Shown here one piece after another: positions 50,042-60,400 of a stretch of DNA of 64,000 nucleotides (position 1 is the stretch's first letter; each line of letters starts with the position of its first letter). Under the pieces are notes generated by a model, which was given only the letters and a program-made list of their open reading frames with translations, did not search any database and was not told where the DNA came from. A program made the position numbers and the translations under genes. This DNA is from Calditrichia bacterium (GTDB taxonomy: Bacteria > Calditrichota > Calditrichia > JAJRVZ01): positions 736,001-800,000 of the forward strand of contig CAWCNS010000005.1 in the NCBI GenBank assembly GCA_963796965.1, in the 5' to 3' direction.

Positions 50042-51994
50042 CTATTTCTTCGTTATCCTCGCAATCCACCCACCACCCGGTGCCAACTTTAAATGGTAGC
50101 GACTCGTTTTATCAACAGACTCCTTCTCCAACACATAATCGATGGCCCGAAACTCGGCATTGATACCATCTTTTATTAACTCAATGTTATATTCACCATC
50201 ATCGAGAAAATCTAATGAAACGTCGAACTCCCGTGGATCCCAATCTGTTACCGCCGATAAAATCCAATCATCCCCATTTCTTCGGGCAATGATTACAAAG
50301 TCACCTAATTTGGCTTCCAGAACGATGGTCTCATCCCATTCTACCGGTATCTTTGAAATGAATTCCATACACTCCCGCTCCTTATAATAATCGGACGGAG
50401 AATCGGGCAACATCTGCATGGGACTCTCCAGGATCCCAAACAGGGCAATGGCATGGGCCCGGGTTCCCTGCCCCATAGGATGATCACCATTATTGCGAAA
50501 GTCATTCTTTTGGGCATTATTCATGGTTCCCGGGATATAATCCATAGGTCCAGCCACCATGCGGATAAAGGGAAGCAGATTGTGATGTTCCGGATTGGCA
50601 TGATCTTTCCAGCCATTATATTCAAATTCAATCAGGGCCTCACGTGTAAGAACATTTGGATAAGCGCGCCGCAATCCGGCTGGCTTGTAAGCCCCATGGA
50701 AATTTACAACCATTTGTCGCTTTGCGGCTTCTTTGGCAATTTTATAATAATAGTTTACCATTTCCTGATCATCCCGGTTCATAAAATCAACCTTGATTCC
50801 CCGCACCCCCCATTTTTCTAGCATGTCAAATACGTCATCAGTCTGCTGGTCAAGATTTGACCAGATAAGCCACATCATCAGACCTACCTTTTTTTCCTTA
50901 GCATAGGCGGCAATTTCATCCATATTGAGATCGGGATTATAACTCAGAATATTATTATTGTCTGTCCAGCCATCATCGAAGAGAAAATACTCAAGTCCAA
51001 ATTCAGCGGCAAAGTCAATAAAATATTTTGCCGTGGCTGTGTTTACCCCGGCTTTAAAATCCACCCCATATATATTTCTACGCGCCCACCAATCAAACGT
51101 CATAATACCCGGTTTAATCCAGGAAACATCATCCAGTTGTAGTGGTGGGGCAAGAAGATAGACAAGCTGGTTTGTAATCAGGTCTTTATCTTGCTCTGCT
51201 ATCGCGAAGATCCGCCAGGGATAACTACGCTGTCCTTTTGTTTTGGCAATATAGTCGGCATGTTTTGTTACCCGCCCTTTCTGATAAGCATTTCCCTCAT
51301 AGGATTTTTCAAGAGGATATCCGGCAAAGGTGGCCGTTATTTTTTCAGATTTTGATCCCTTTAGCCACATGCCCGGATAATCCACCAAGCTAGATTCAGT
51401 TATTAATATATTGACACCATCAGTGGTTTGTACCAGAGCAGGCAGGCAAATTAACCCCTCGCTATTGATCTCATTAACCAGCATATATTGATAGGGTGTC
51501 TCATAAGCAGAGGCAAATCCGCTTGAGGGTTGAAAATAAATGTGGTCCATTTTGTTAAAATCGAGCTGCATAGTTTCACTTTCGACCGTTAAATTCTTAT
51601 CCATATCGGTAACAAAATGATAGGCAACTCCGGAGTTGTATGCCCTGAATACAAGTGAATAATCCTCATCAAAATCAAACCGGATCTCATTAAATGTATC
51701 TTCGATTTCACTGAATTTTTCTCGGATAGCAGGTTTTATTTTTCGATTAACCGATCGGGTCCTTACATCGTTAAGGTTGAATTTTTTACCTAAGACCACA
51801 TCACCAAGTAATTCCATTGTAATATTGGATGCAGACAGTATCATTTTGTTCTGAAAAATAACCTGAAATTGAATTTCAGACTCGACATTAATTTCAACTT
51901 TGATCTTTTTTTCGGGAGATGTAATTTCATATTGATCTGCGATTACAGGCATAATTAACCAAAGTGTAATAAGATAGGTGAGAGCATTTTTCAT
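50042..51994 (-). CDS. GH97 glycoside hydrolase, probably retaining (alpha-galactosidase-type) subgroup
   Basis: SWIKPG..WW, FIDFAA, DDGW, GIKVDF (Asp nucleophile type), HG..KP.G..RAYPN..RE, GPMDY.PG, ARRNGDDW. Confidence 0.9.
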   Translation of the reverse strand: MKNALTYLITLWLIMPVIADQYEITSPEKKIKVEINVESEIQFQVIFQNKMILSASNITMELLGDVVLGKKFNLNDVRTRSVNRKIKPAIREKFSEIEDTFNEIRFDFDEDYSLVFRAYNSGVAYHFVTDMDKNLTVESETMQLDFNKMDHIYFQPSSGFASAYETPYQYMLVNEINSEGLICLPALVQTTDGVNILITESSLVDYPGMWLKGSKSEKITATFAGYPLEKSYEGNAYQKGRVTKHADYIAKTKGQRSYPWRIFAIAEQDKDLITNQLVYLLAPPLQLDDVSWIKPGIMTFDWWARRNIYGVDFKAGVNTATAKYFIDFAAEFGLEYFLFDDGWTDNNNILSYNPDLNMDEIAAYAKEKKVGLMMWLIWSNLDQQTDDVFDMLEKWGVRGIKVDFMNRDDQEMVNYYYKIAKEAAKRQMVVNFHGAYKPAGLRRAYPNVLTREALIEFEYNGWKDHANPEHHNLLPFIRMVAGPMDYIPGTMNNAQKNDFRNNGDHPMGQGTRAHAIALFGILESPMQMLPDSPSDYYKERECMEFISKIPVEWDETIVLEAKLGDFVIIARRNGDDWILSAVTDWDPREFDVSLDFLDDGEYNIELIKDGINAEFRAIDYVLEKESVDKTSRYHLKLAPGGGWIARITKK

Positions 51995-52029
51995 GATAAA
52001 TTCCAATCAATTTTAATATTTATTTTGTT

Positions 52030-52226
52030 GTAGAGACGTCCCCTCCCGTATAACGGGATCTTCGATGCGGGACGTCTCCAAATTAATATAATGTTTAATT
52101 CAATTTATAATCATAAGTGATGATTTTATATTCAATAATCCAATGCGATGGCAACGACAATTGGGAACTGATGCACGGAGACGTCCCCTCCCGTATTACG
52201 CGATCTTCGATGCGGGATGTCTCTAC
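52030..52226. repeat. REPIN-like doublet of GTAG REPs with matching loop inserts
   Basis: GTAGAGACGTCCC[CTCCCGTATAACGGGATCTTCGATGC]GGGACGTCTCCA (52030-52080) and CGGAGACGTCCC[CTCCCGTATTACGCGATCTTCGATGC]GGGATGTCTCTAC (52176-52226). Confidence 0.75.
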
Positions 52227-52232
52227 ATTGAA

Positions 52233-54395
52233 TTATTCAATAATTATCTCATCGACAAACAGCCAGGCTTTACCGCCGGAATTAAAATGTGGATGAGGAC
52301 AAAGACCCATGTTTTTCGCTTCGATATTAATATACCGGGTAGAATTATTAATACTATCTAAAACATAATCTTTCACATAAACCTTTTGCTCAAAAGGTGA
52401 AATATTAAATTTAACATTTCCAATAGCATTAAAACTTTTCCCATCATTTGAAATAGAAAAAATAACGGAATCGGGCACAAAAACCGATTCGTATACATTT
52501 TTTAAAAATCCAACAGAAATTTTTTCAACCAGAATTACTTCACCCAAATCAACCGTTGCGTTCAGGTCATTTTGCGCAAATCCAAGCCACTCACCGTCGG
52601 TATGATCAAGTGAGCCACGATTAAGATTATTGAGTACGTCAACATCTGCATTGGAAAAGTAGGAGTTCCATTCACTGGCGAATTGAATATCATCCTGCCT
52701 GATGGTCTTGGTTATCTGATGGCTACTTACCCGGCTGTCGGCGAAACCGTCTTTAATAGCAATTGCTTTTACAGTAGTTGTTGTATCGATGGCAATGGGC
52801 TGATTATAAAGCGCAGACTGTTCATCCGGGGTTTTCCCATCAAGCGTATAATAGATCTTTGCATCAGGCGTGCTGCAATTTATTTCAAAATTATAGCGGT
52901 CAGTAAAAAGATATGATCCAGGGCCCTGTTGGTCCAGGCATCTGACCAGCGGTTCTTGTACAGTTTTAGCCGCTGAACCTTCAATTCGAAAAACAAATGC
53001 CTGTTGCGATGAATGCTGCCATTCATCTTTTAATTTTTCAGGTATTTGAATGGTAAGCAGCGGATTTTCAAATGTCCACTGCAATTCATCGTCTGTACCC
53101 AGCATGGTTATTTTTGAATCATTTTGGGGAATTACTTTTGTCAGTTCCAAAGAAGCCCCGGGCCACTGCAAACAATGAACATATACTGTTCCACTGTTTT
53201 TATTTTGTGTATAACGGATTTGATCGTTTTCTTTGAAATAGGGGAATTTTCTTGTTTTATAAATTCCTTCACCGTTTATTTTGAGCCAGTCTCCGATTTC
53301 TGCCAGATTTTTTACAGCCTCTGCAGGGAGTTCGCCACTTGCAGGGGGGCCGACATCCAATAGTAAATTGCCGCCCTTGGACACAACATCTATCAATATA
53401 TGTATTATCTCTTTTGGTGATTTAAAAACATCGTCGACCCTATACGACCAACCATTGCCTAATGTCATGCATAATTCCCAGGGCCCTGGTAGCGGCCCAT
53501 CAGGAAGATTATGATGTCCTTCCGGGGTTAAATAGTTCTCAAATTTCCCTTGACCCAGGCGATCTACAACAATCATTCCAGGTTGGCTCTTCCGCGCCAT
53601 TTTCACAATCTGTTCCATATCGATATCCTGATTAAATACCGGCAGGACCTGCGCTCCGTCCAACCAAAGTATATCAACGGGTCCGTAGTTGGTAACCAGT
53701 TCCTGAATCTGATTATAAGTAAACTCCTTAAATTTCGCCCATTTTTCCGGATATTCTCTAGGGTCGTAATTTACACTATGATCCGGGTGTGGAAATTCGG
53801 GCGCCCAATAATAGGGGCTGTGCCAGTCGGGTTTTGAAAAATAAACGCCATTGCTAAATCCTCTTTCCCTGAAAGCATCAAATAAGACCTTGGTGACGTT
53901 CGCGTTTGGATTGGTATGAAATGGACAGTCAGGACCGGATACGCTAAAATCTGTTTCTTTTGTATCAAACATACAAAAACCATCATGATGTTTGGCCCCC
54001 ATAATAAAATACTTCATTCCCGCTGCTTCCGCTGCCTCTGCCCACTTTTGAGGATCAAATTTATCCGGATTAAAAGATTTGTTTAAATTGTAATAGTCTC
54101 GAAAGTATCTCTGAAAGTCATAATCTCGCTCAGCAAAGGCAGGCCCAATATCGCGTGTGTCTTTATATTTCTCTATAAGCACCCAGGAAGCAACGGCACC
54201 CCATTTACTATATAATCCCCAGTGAACAAAAAATCCAAATTTATTATCCTGGAACTCTTCCAGTTTATCAAGTACTTTCGGATCGGTTTCCTTTTCCAGC
54301 CGGTCAAATTTCGATGAAGAATTATCACTAACGCAGCCTATTAAAATGGAAATTAGAACTGTAACTATCATTATTTCTTTCGGTCTTTTACTCAT
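52233..54395 (-). CDS. GH29 alpha-L-fucosidase with FN3-associated and F5/8 type C domains; lipoprotein
   Basis: KFGFFVHWG, AKHHDGF, SKPDW, LWLDG, VSKGGNLLL, YYTLDG, KAWLFVDEIIIE; lipobox LIGC. Confidence 0.92.
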   Translation of the reverse strand: MSKRPKEIMIVTVLISILIGCVSDNSSSKFDRLEKETDPKVLDKLEEFQDNKFGFFVHWGLYSKWGAVASWVLIEKYKDTRDIGPAFAERDYDFQRYFRDYYNLNKSFNPDKFDPQKWAEAAEAAGMKYFIMGAKHHDGFCMFDTKETDFSVSGPDCPFHTNPNANVTKVLFDAFRERGFSNGVYFSKPDWHSPYYWAPEFPHPDHSVNYDPREYPEKWAKFKEFTYNQIQELVTNYGPVDILWLDGAQVLPVFNQDIDMEQIVKMARKSQPGMIVVDRLGQGKFENYLTPEGHHNLPDGPLPGPWELCMTLGNGWSYRVDDVFKSPKEIIHILIDVVSKGGNLLLDVGPPASGELPAEAVKNLAEIGDWLKINGEGIYKTRKFPYFKENDQIRYTQNKNSGTVYVHCLQWPGASLELTKVIPQNDSKITMLGTDDELQWTFENPLLTIQIPEKLKDEWQHSSQQAFVFRIEGSAAKTVQEPLVRCLDQQGPGSYLFTDRYNFEINCSTPDAKIYYTLDGKTPDEQSALYNQPIAIDTTTTVKAIAIKDGFADSRVSSHQITKTIRQDDIQFASEWNSYFSNADVDVLNNLNRGSLDHTDGEWLGFAQNDLNATVDLGEVILVEKISVGFLKNVYESVFVPDSVIFSISNDGKSFNAIGNVKFNISPFEQKVYVKDYVLDSINNSTRYINIEAKNMGLCPHPHFNSGGKAWLFVDEIIIE

Positions 54396-54469
54396 TGGTT
54401 ATTCATTTCTTTTAAGAATTTTCACTATGGGTACCTCCGTTCCTTTTTCCCCTGCAACGCCAGTAACTT

Positions 54470-55939
54470 TTATTGATTTTTGAGTTTAGGAATTTTAATT
54501 ACCCAGGCATGCTCACACGGTGGATTTTTCCTTATCGAATCAGGGATATTTACCACAATTCCATCCTCTGTTGTTTCCCAGGTTAATTTCTCTTTTACAC
54601 CAAGCATAAAAATATCCGCATTATTTACGGGTTGCATATTGTTAATTTGTATCACTGCAGGCAAAGTTCGCTCGTTTTCGTCAGGCAAATAAACTGCATA
54701 GACTGTATCTTTATTCTTCTTTCTGGTGAAGCATACTTTACCCTTTTTATAAGGTGCTGCTGTGCGGGTTTCGTAAATGGCTTCGCTGTTCACTTTCATC
54801 CACTCTCCGATTTTTTCGAGCCGGTCGTAAGCATCTGCCGGCCAGGTTCCATCCGGAGCTGGTCCTATATTTAAAAGCAGATTACCACCTTTGGATACGA
54901 CATTCACCAGAATATTTATTAATTGATGGGCAGATTTGAATTCCGCGTTTGGTGTATATGACCACCCCGGTGTGGAAGTAATGCACGATTCCCATGGATA
55001 AGGTATCATATTTTCAGGGATTCGGTTTTCAGGTGTCAGGTAATTTTCATATTCACTTTTGACCCATCGATCGACAATCAGCAATTCCGGCTGATAGTTA
55101 CGAGCCATTTTAGCAATTCTGGCCATATCGATATCCTGATTCCAGTTTTTCTTTTGTGCCCATTCTTTATATTTCTCGGGCATATTGTCAATGGGCCTCA
55201 CCCAGGCACCGTCAAGCCATAGAATATCGATATTTCCATAGTTTGACATCAATTCTTCAATTTGGTTGTACGTATAGTCCTTAAACTTTTGCCAACGCTT
55301 GGGATGTTTAGCCGGATCATAATTAACGTGTCTATCTGGTGTTGCATAATAAGGCCACCAATAGTATTCTGTACTCCAGTCGGGTTTGGAATAATAAATA
55401 CCTGTCCAAAATCCTTCCTCCCGAAAAACAGCCAGAATTTCATCCACTACATTAGCACGAGGATTTTGACTAAACGGACAGCTGGGATCTGTAATGTTAT
55501 ACGTTGTCGTTTTTGTATCAAACATACAAAATCCATCATGATGTTTTGCCATCGCAACGATATATTTCATCCCCGCAGATTTTGCAGCTCTGACCCACTT
55601 TTCCGGTTCGAATTTTTCCGGATTAAATGTTTTTTGAAGATTGGTATAGTCAATTTTATATAAATCATAATTTTCATACCGTCCGTTTCTTCTCTGAATC
55701 CATTCTTCATTACAGATTGACCAACCCTCTACAACTCCCCACTGGCTGTAAGGTCCCCAGGTCATCATCAAACCAAATTTCAGGTCCTGCCATTGTTTAA
55801 GTTTTTGAACTATCTCAGGTTCAGTTGGCCCGATGTATTCTTCCTGACGCTCTTGATGCAGCGGATCAGCTTGTGCAAATAAGTCCATAGTAAATCCCAG
55901 CATTAAAATTAAAAGAATTATTTTTTTCACAATTTCCAT
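54470..55939 (-). CDS. GH29 alpha-L-fucosidase
   Basis: KFGLMMTWG, AKHHDGF, SKPDW, LWLDG, PWESC, VSKGGNLLLNIGP; likely start MEIVKK at 55939, overlapping the upstream stop. Confidence 0.92.
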   Translation of the reverse strand: MEIVKKIILLILMLGFTMDLFAQADPLHQERQEEYIGPTEPEIVQKLKQWQDLKFGLMMTWGPYSQWGVVEGWSICNEEWIQRRNGRYENYDLYKIDYTNLQKTFNPEKFEPEKWVRAAKSAGMKYIVAMAKHHDGFCMFDTKTTTYNITDPSCPFSQNPRANVVDEILAVFREEGFWTGIYYSKPDWSTEYYWWPYYATPDRHVNYDPAKHPKRWQKFKDYTYNQIEELMSNYGNIDILWLDGAWVRPIDNMPEKYKEWAQKKNWNQDIDMARIAKMARNYQPELLIVDRWVKSEYENYLTPENRIPENMIPYPWESCITSTPGWSYTPNAEFKSAHQLINILVNVVSKGGNLLLNIGPAPDGTWPADAYDRLEKIGEWMKVNSEAIYETRTAAPYKKGKVCFTRKKNKDTVYAVYLPDENERTLPAVIQINNMQPVNNADIFMLGVKEKLTWETTEDGIVVNIPDSIRKNPPCEHAWVIKIPKLKNQ

Positions 55940-57421
55940 TCCTGACTTTGTGCTGTTATTTTCACATCCCATATTTGAGGTGGATTCGGGTAATACTTTG
56001 GTTCACTGTCTTTTACCGGAAACAATTTTATAGTTTCCATTAATTTGTCGAAATTCTTTTTCCGTTCAAGAGTACGCAAACTGTCGATGATATTATTCTC
56101 CTCAAAAGTATCTATCAACAAATCAAAGAATTTTTCAGGTTCCCTATTTGAATCAATATATAACTTGTATTTCTTGTTTCGCAACACTCTGTTCCTGAAA
56201 ATATATTGATTCTCAACTCCATTCTCAGTAAGACGGGCATTGTTGCCTCCTCCCATCCCTAAAATCCATTCGCGGTGTGATTCTTGAGAATTATTAAGTA
56301 ATACTTCTTTTATGGATTTGCCATCAATTACATATTTTTTATTTCCTTTAACTAATTCTCCTTGAGGTGTTACACCGGCAATATCAAGACATGTGGGAAA
56401 TAGGTCAGTAAAATCTATCAGTGCTTGCGATTCATGGTTCGATTCAACATGATTGGGCCAACTGACTATGAATGGTGCACATATTCCTGATTCTGTTATT
56501 CTGCTTTTTCCTCCTTTTAACCTCCTTCCTTTATAATTAGTCTTCTATCCTGCTGGTTGTACCATTATCAGTCGTCCAAATGACTATGGTATTGTCTCGT
56601 ATTTTAGCATCTTCCAAAGCCTGAACTATTTCTCCTGTAATCTTATCGGTATATTTTACCATAGCTTTGTGTTTGCCTAAAACGGTATCAGAAGAATCAT
56701 CAGGGGTATTGATAAAAGGGGTATGTGTTAATACCATTGGATAATAAATGAACATAGACGTATCTTTATATGTATGGATAAAGTTGATAATAAAGTCGCG
56801 GAAAATGTCAGGGCCAAATTCCCCCTCATAAGTTTTACTACCCTTTTTCGTAAAGATATATGGATTTTGATATCTATTTCCACTTGCAGCTACACCCGTT
56901 TCATAACCCGTCCACATACAATATTCATCAAACCCATTTTTAGTCAAAGCTTCCGGCTCTACACGGAAATCATCAATCTGCCATTTACCGGCAATACAGG
57001 TTTTATAACCTGCGTTTTTCATTTCTATTCCAAGGGAGGGATTCATTGTTTCATCAAAGTGGGCACCTCCACCCCAACGTGGAACATCCCAGTGATTAAC
57101 CCAACCATGCCTGAATGGATATTGACCGGTAAGTAAGGAAACTCTTGTAGGTGTGCATTGCGGCATTGAATAAACATTGTGGAACATAGTGCCACTTTTT
57201 GCCAGTGCATCTATGTTTGGCGTATTAATATCCTCTGCACCATAACAACTCACCCATTCTTTACTTAGATCATCAACCATTATAAAAATCACATTGGGTT
57301 TGGAGTTATTCGCCACTTCATATTTTTTCTCTTTACTCTGATTACAAGCAAACAACAATGAAATCCCTGCTAAAGCAGTTAATCCAAGTGTTATTTTTAT
57401 AAACCAACTAGAATATGACAT
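55927..57421 (-). CDS. Sulfatase (S1, Cys type), lipoprotein, frameshifted at about 56540 (joins 56537..57421 and 55927..56256)
   Basis: PNVIFIMVDDL, CTPTRVSLLTG, GKWQ, TDNG. The shifted frame continues NYKGRRLKGGKSRITESGICAPFIVSWP...DFTDLFPT...MGGG. Confidence 0.83.
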
Positions 57422-57449
57422 GTGTTTATATTCCGCTAAGATTAAACCT

Positions 57450-60400
57450 TTATTCTATAATAATCTCATCCACAAACAACCATGCTTTACCGCCCGCTCC
57501 GGGATGCCCTTCAGGACAACGGATCCGATTTTTTGCCTTTACACGCACATAGCGCACATTAGCAGCATCAAATGAGACCTTAATGTCATAGGGTCCCATC
57601 TCACCAAACAGCGATAAATCAGTAGCTCCAATAGCCTTGGCTATTTGCTCAGTATTGATAATTCCCGCTTGCTGAAAACTTTTTCCATCTTCTGATAGGG
57701 ATACTTCAACCTGCACGGGCAGAAAGATCCAGCTGCGGATATCATTCAGACATCCAATGGTCACCTGGCTGATTGTTTTGCCTTCACCCATATCGATAAC
57801 TGATTCTAAATCATTTTCCTCAAACCCCAACCAGCGGCCATCGTTAAAGTTCGTTCCTCCTCTTCGTCCATCTACCAAAGTAGAGGGACCATTACCGGGA
57901 TATTTCGCACTTGCCGGTGTAGCGAGTTCTAACCCTTTAACCGCCGTAAATTTGAAAAACTTTGCCTTCGAGGAACGCAGGCTGCGTTTTCCATGAAGAT
58001 ATGATATGACTTTTAAGGTGGAAGTCTCAGTTATCTGGAGGGGTGATTCATAGCGTTGCGAAGATTGATCCGGTTCTGTTCCATCTAATGTGTAATGCAA
58101 ACTGACGCGCTCGTTAAATCCATTCAGTCTGACAGCAATTGAATCACTAAATGATTTTTGTCTGATAACGTCACCTTTCTCATCTTGTATTGCAGGAGGC
58201 CGGGGGAAATCTGACAATGAAAAGCTCGTGAGTTTACCTAATCCCATTTTTATTGGAAATCGCCGTCTTACTATGGAAAGTTCCAGATCCTGATCAGGGG
58301 TAATCTGTTTCGATTCCGCCCAATCCATCCAGCCATGACCGGTTAGTTCAATCCTTTTTAGATCAATTGTTCCATTTAAAACTTTTAACCGTGTATTATA
58401 GGCATTATTCTTTTTATCGAAAGATATCGTTCCGTAGGCAGAACCGTTTGACCAGAAGAAATTACCTTCTACCGGTTTAAAGGTCATCTTTTCTTCTACG
58501 GCAGAATACTGAAATCCACTGATGGCTAAGACAGCAGCCCAACTGGCCATGGCGCGCGCGTAATGATGCCCACATTCCGCCTCATCAAAAGGACTACGTT
58601 TGCGTCCGTCATAGCGGTTCCTGATATTCCGGATACACCGCAAGCCTTCTTCTTCCTGGCCTTCATAAAGCATACCAATAGCAGCTGTGTATTCAAAACC
58701 GGTCATTACTTCATTAAAATAGGGAAAGGGATTTTTGGGTCTTTCATATGGATAGCTGGCCATCAATAAAGCCGCTTCCTCCCCTAAGGCATAAGAACGC
58801 ATATTATTAAAGTGCGAACTCATAGAAGAACGATAATTATACTTGAGAATGGCCTGGAGGGTTTTTTTAATATTTTCAGGTTCCGCCAGGTAACCCAGGC
58901 CACAAATATGAGCCATATATTGACCGACGAGTTGATCGACAAGGCATCCTCTGGCTAGTTGGTAGGCAGGGTCCGTATAATCCGATGCTCCCATACCCGC
59001 TGTCAGACCAGGTGCAATAGCGGAAGGGTCTTCCGGTGGCATGACCTTGTGCTCATAATACTCACCATTAAATAAGTTCTCGTCCACCCAGGCGCTTCCG
59101 TGGTTGAATAAAGCGCGGCATATTTCAGAAAATTCAATATCGCCCAGATAAATGGCCATTTCCTCAGCGGCACGCAGGGCTCCCAGGTACCAGAATTGCA
59201 TTTGCGGGTTGGGGCCATAATATTCCACATCCATCGTATTATGCTGGCATCCTTCCATCACCCCATCTATATCGCCATCCCATCCACCTTCAATCCAGCA
59301 GAATTCAAGAGCCTTCTTTACATTTGGCCAAAGTCTTTTTAGCAATTCATCATCACCGGAGAGTTGCCATTCACGGTACATTTTCATAATTGTACCCAGT
59401 TGCCCATCTGCAGCAGCCACACCTGAAGCCTGGGCGCTGCTTAGTGGCAATCCTACCCGAAAACTCATTAAACCCTTTGGGTTGGTGGAATAATCAAACT
59501 CTATAATTCGCATTTTTTGGGCCAGGTCACCAAAAGTAAAAGCAGTGGCCTGTTCATAATTCCAGACATGGGTGCAGGAACCCATGCAGCATCCGGAATT
59601 ATCGTTACAGCCTTCCCAACCAAAAAAGAAACCATCGGCAGTTCGAAAACAGGTTTGCGTACGCAAGGTACTTAGATTAAAAAGAGCCGCCTCTTTTACT
59701 TCTGCCGGATAGTCACTTTGACAAAAAGCCTGGACAAAATCGATGGTTTTATTTTCCAATTCATTTAATTTTGGTAACGCCTTTTCAACAACATCCCAGG
59801 CGTCTTTAAATTGTGTTGTATAATAATTTCCAACAGATTCCGGTGACCAGGCAAAACGGTTTGGAAAATGCCAGGTGATAAAAAAGGTAATTGATTTTTT
59901 CTGGTTTGGTTCAAGTTCGATGGCGGAAGCCAGAGAGGCACGGGGTGTATTTCCACCTGTGAATGGTTTTTCTGTTAATATTCCGTCTGCACTAAAATCG
60001 TCCCAAAATTCAAGTATATCATTGCCCCAGCCTCCTCGCTCTAGGGAGGTACGGTAGGTGATATCCGGTCCGCTTAGAGTTGTCAGAGCCATAGTACCCC
60101 ATTGTTCAGATTCAGGCTTAATTCCATTAGAAGACATGAAGATCCCCTGAAAATCATCCGATTTTCTAAAATCATTTCTGTTTGATACGGCACCCTGGGG
60201 AATAAAAGTACCCTTCCAACTCTGGTCAAACTTACTGCCATCACTTCCAATAAAATTTTCAAAGGAACCGCAAATGGAAACTTTTACATTCTCATCAGTC
60301 TTATTCCTGAGCACATATCTTAAGACAGCAATCGGAATCCCACTGGCATCCGCATCACCAGGAATGAGGGGATTAAAGGCCTGTAATGTAACATCAACCG

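Noticed and set aside
26337..56540. Programmed frameshifting or phase variation
   Set aside because: No shared slippery motif or long simple-sequence tract at the break sites.
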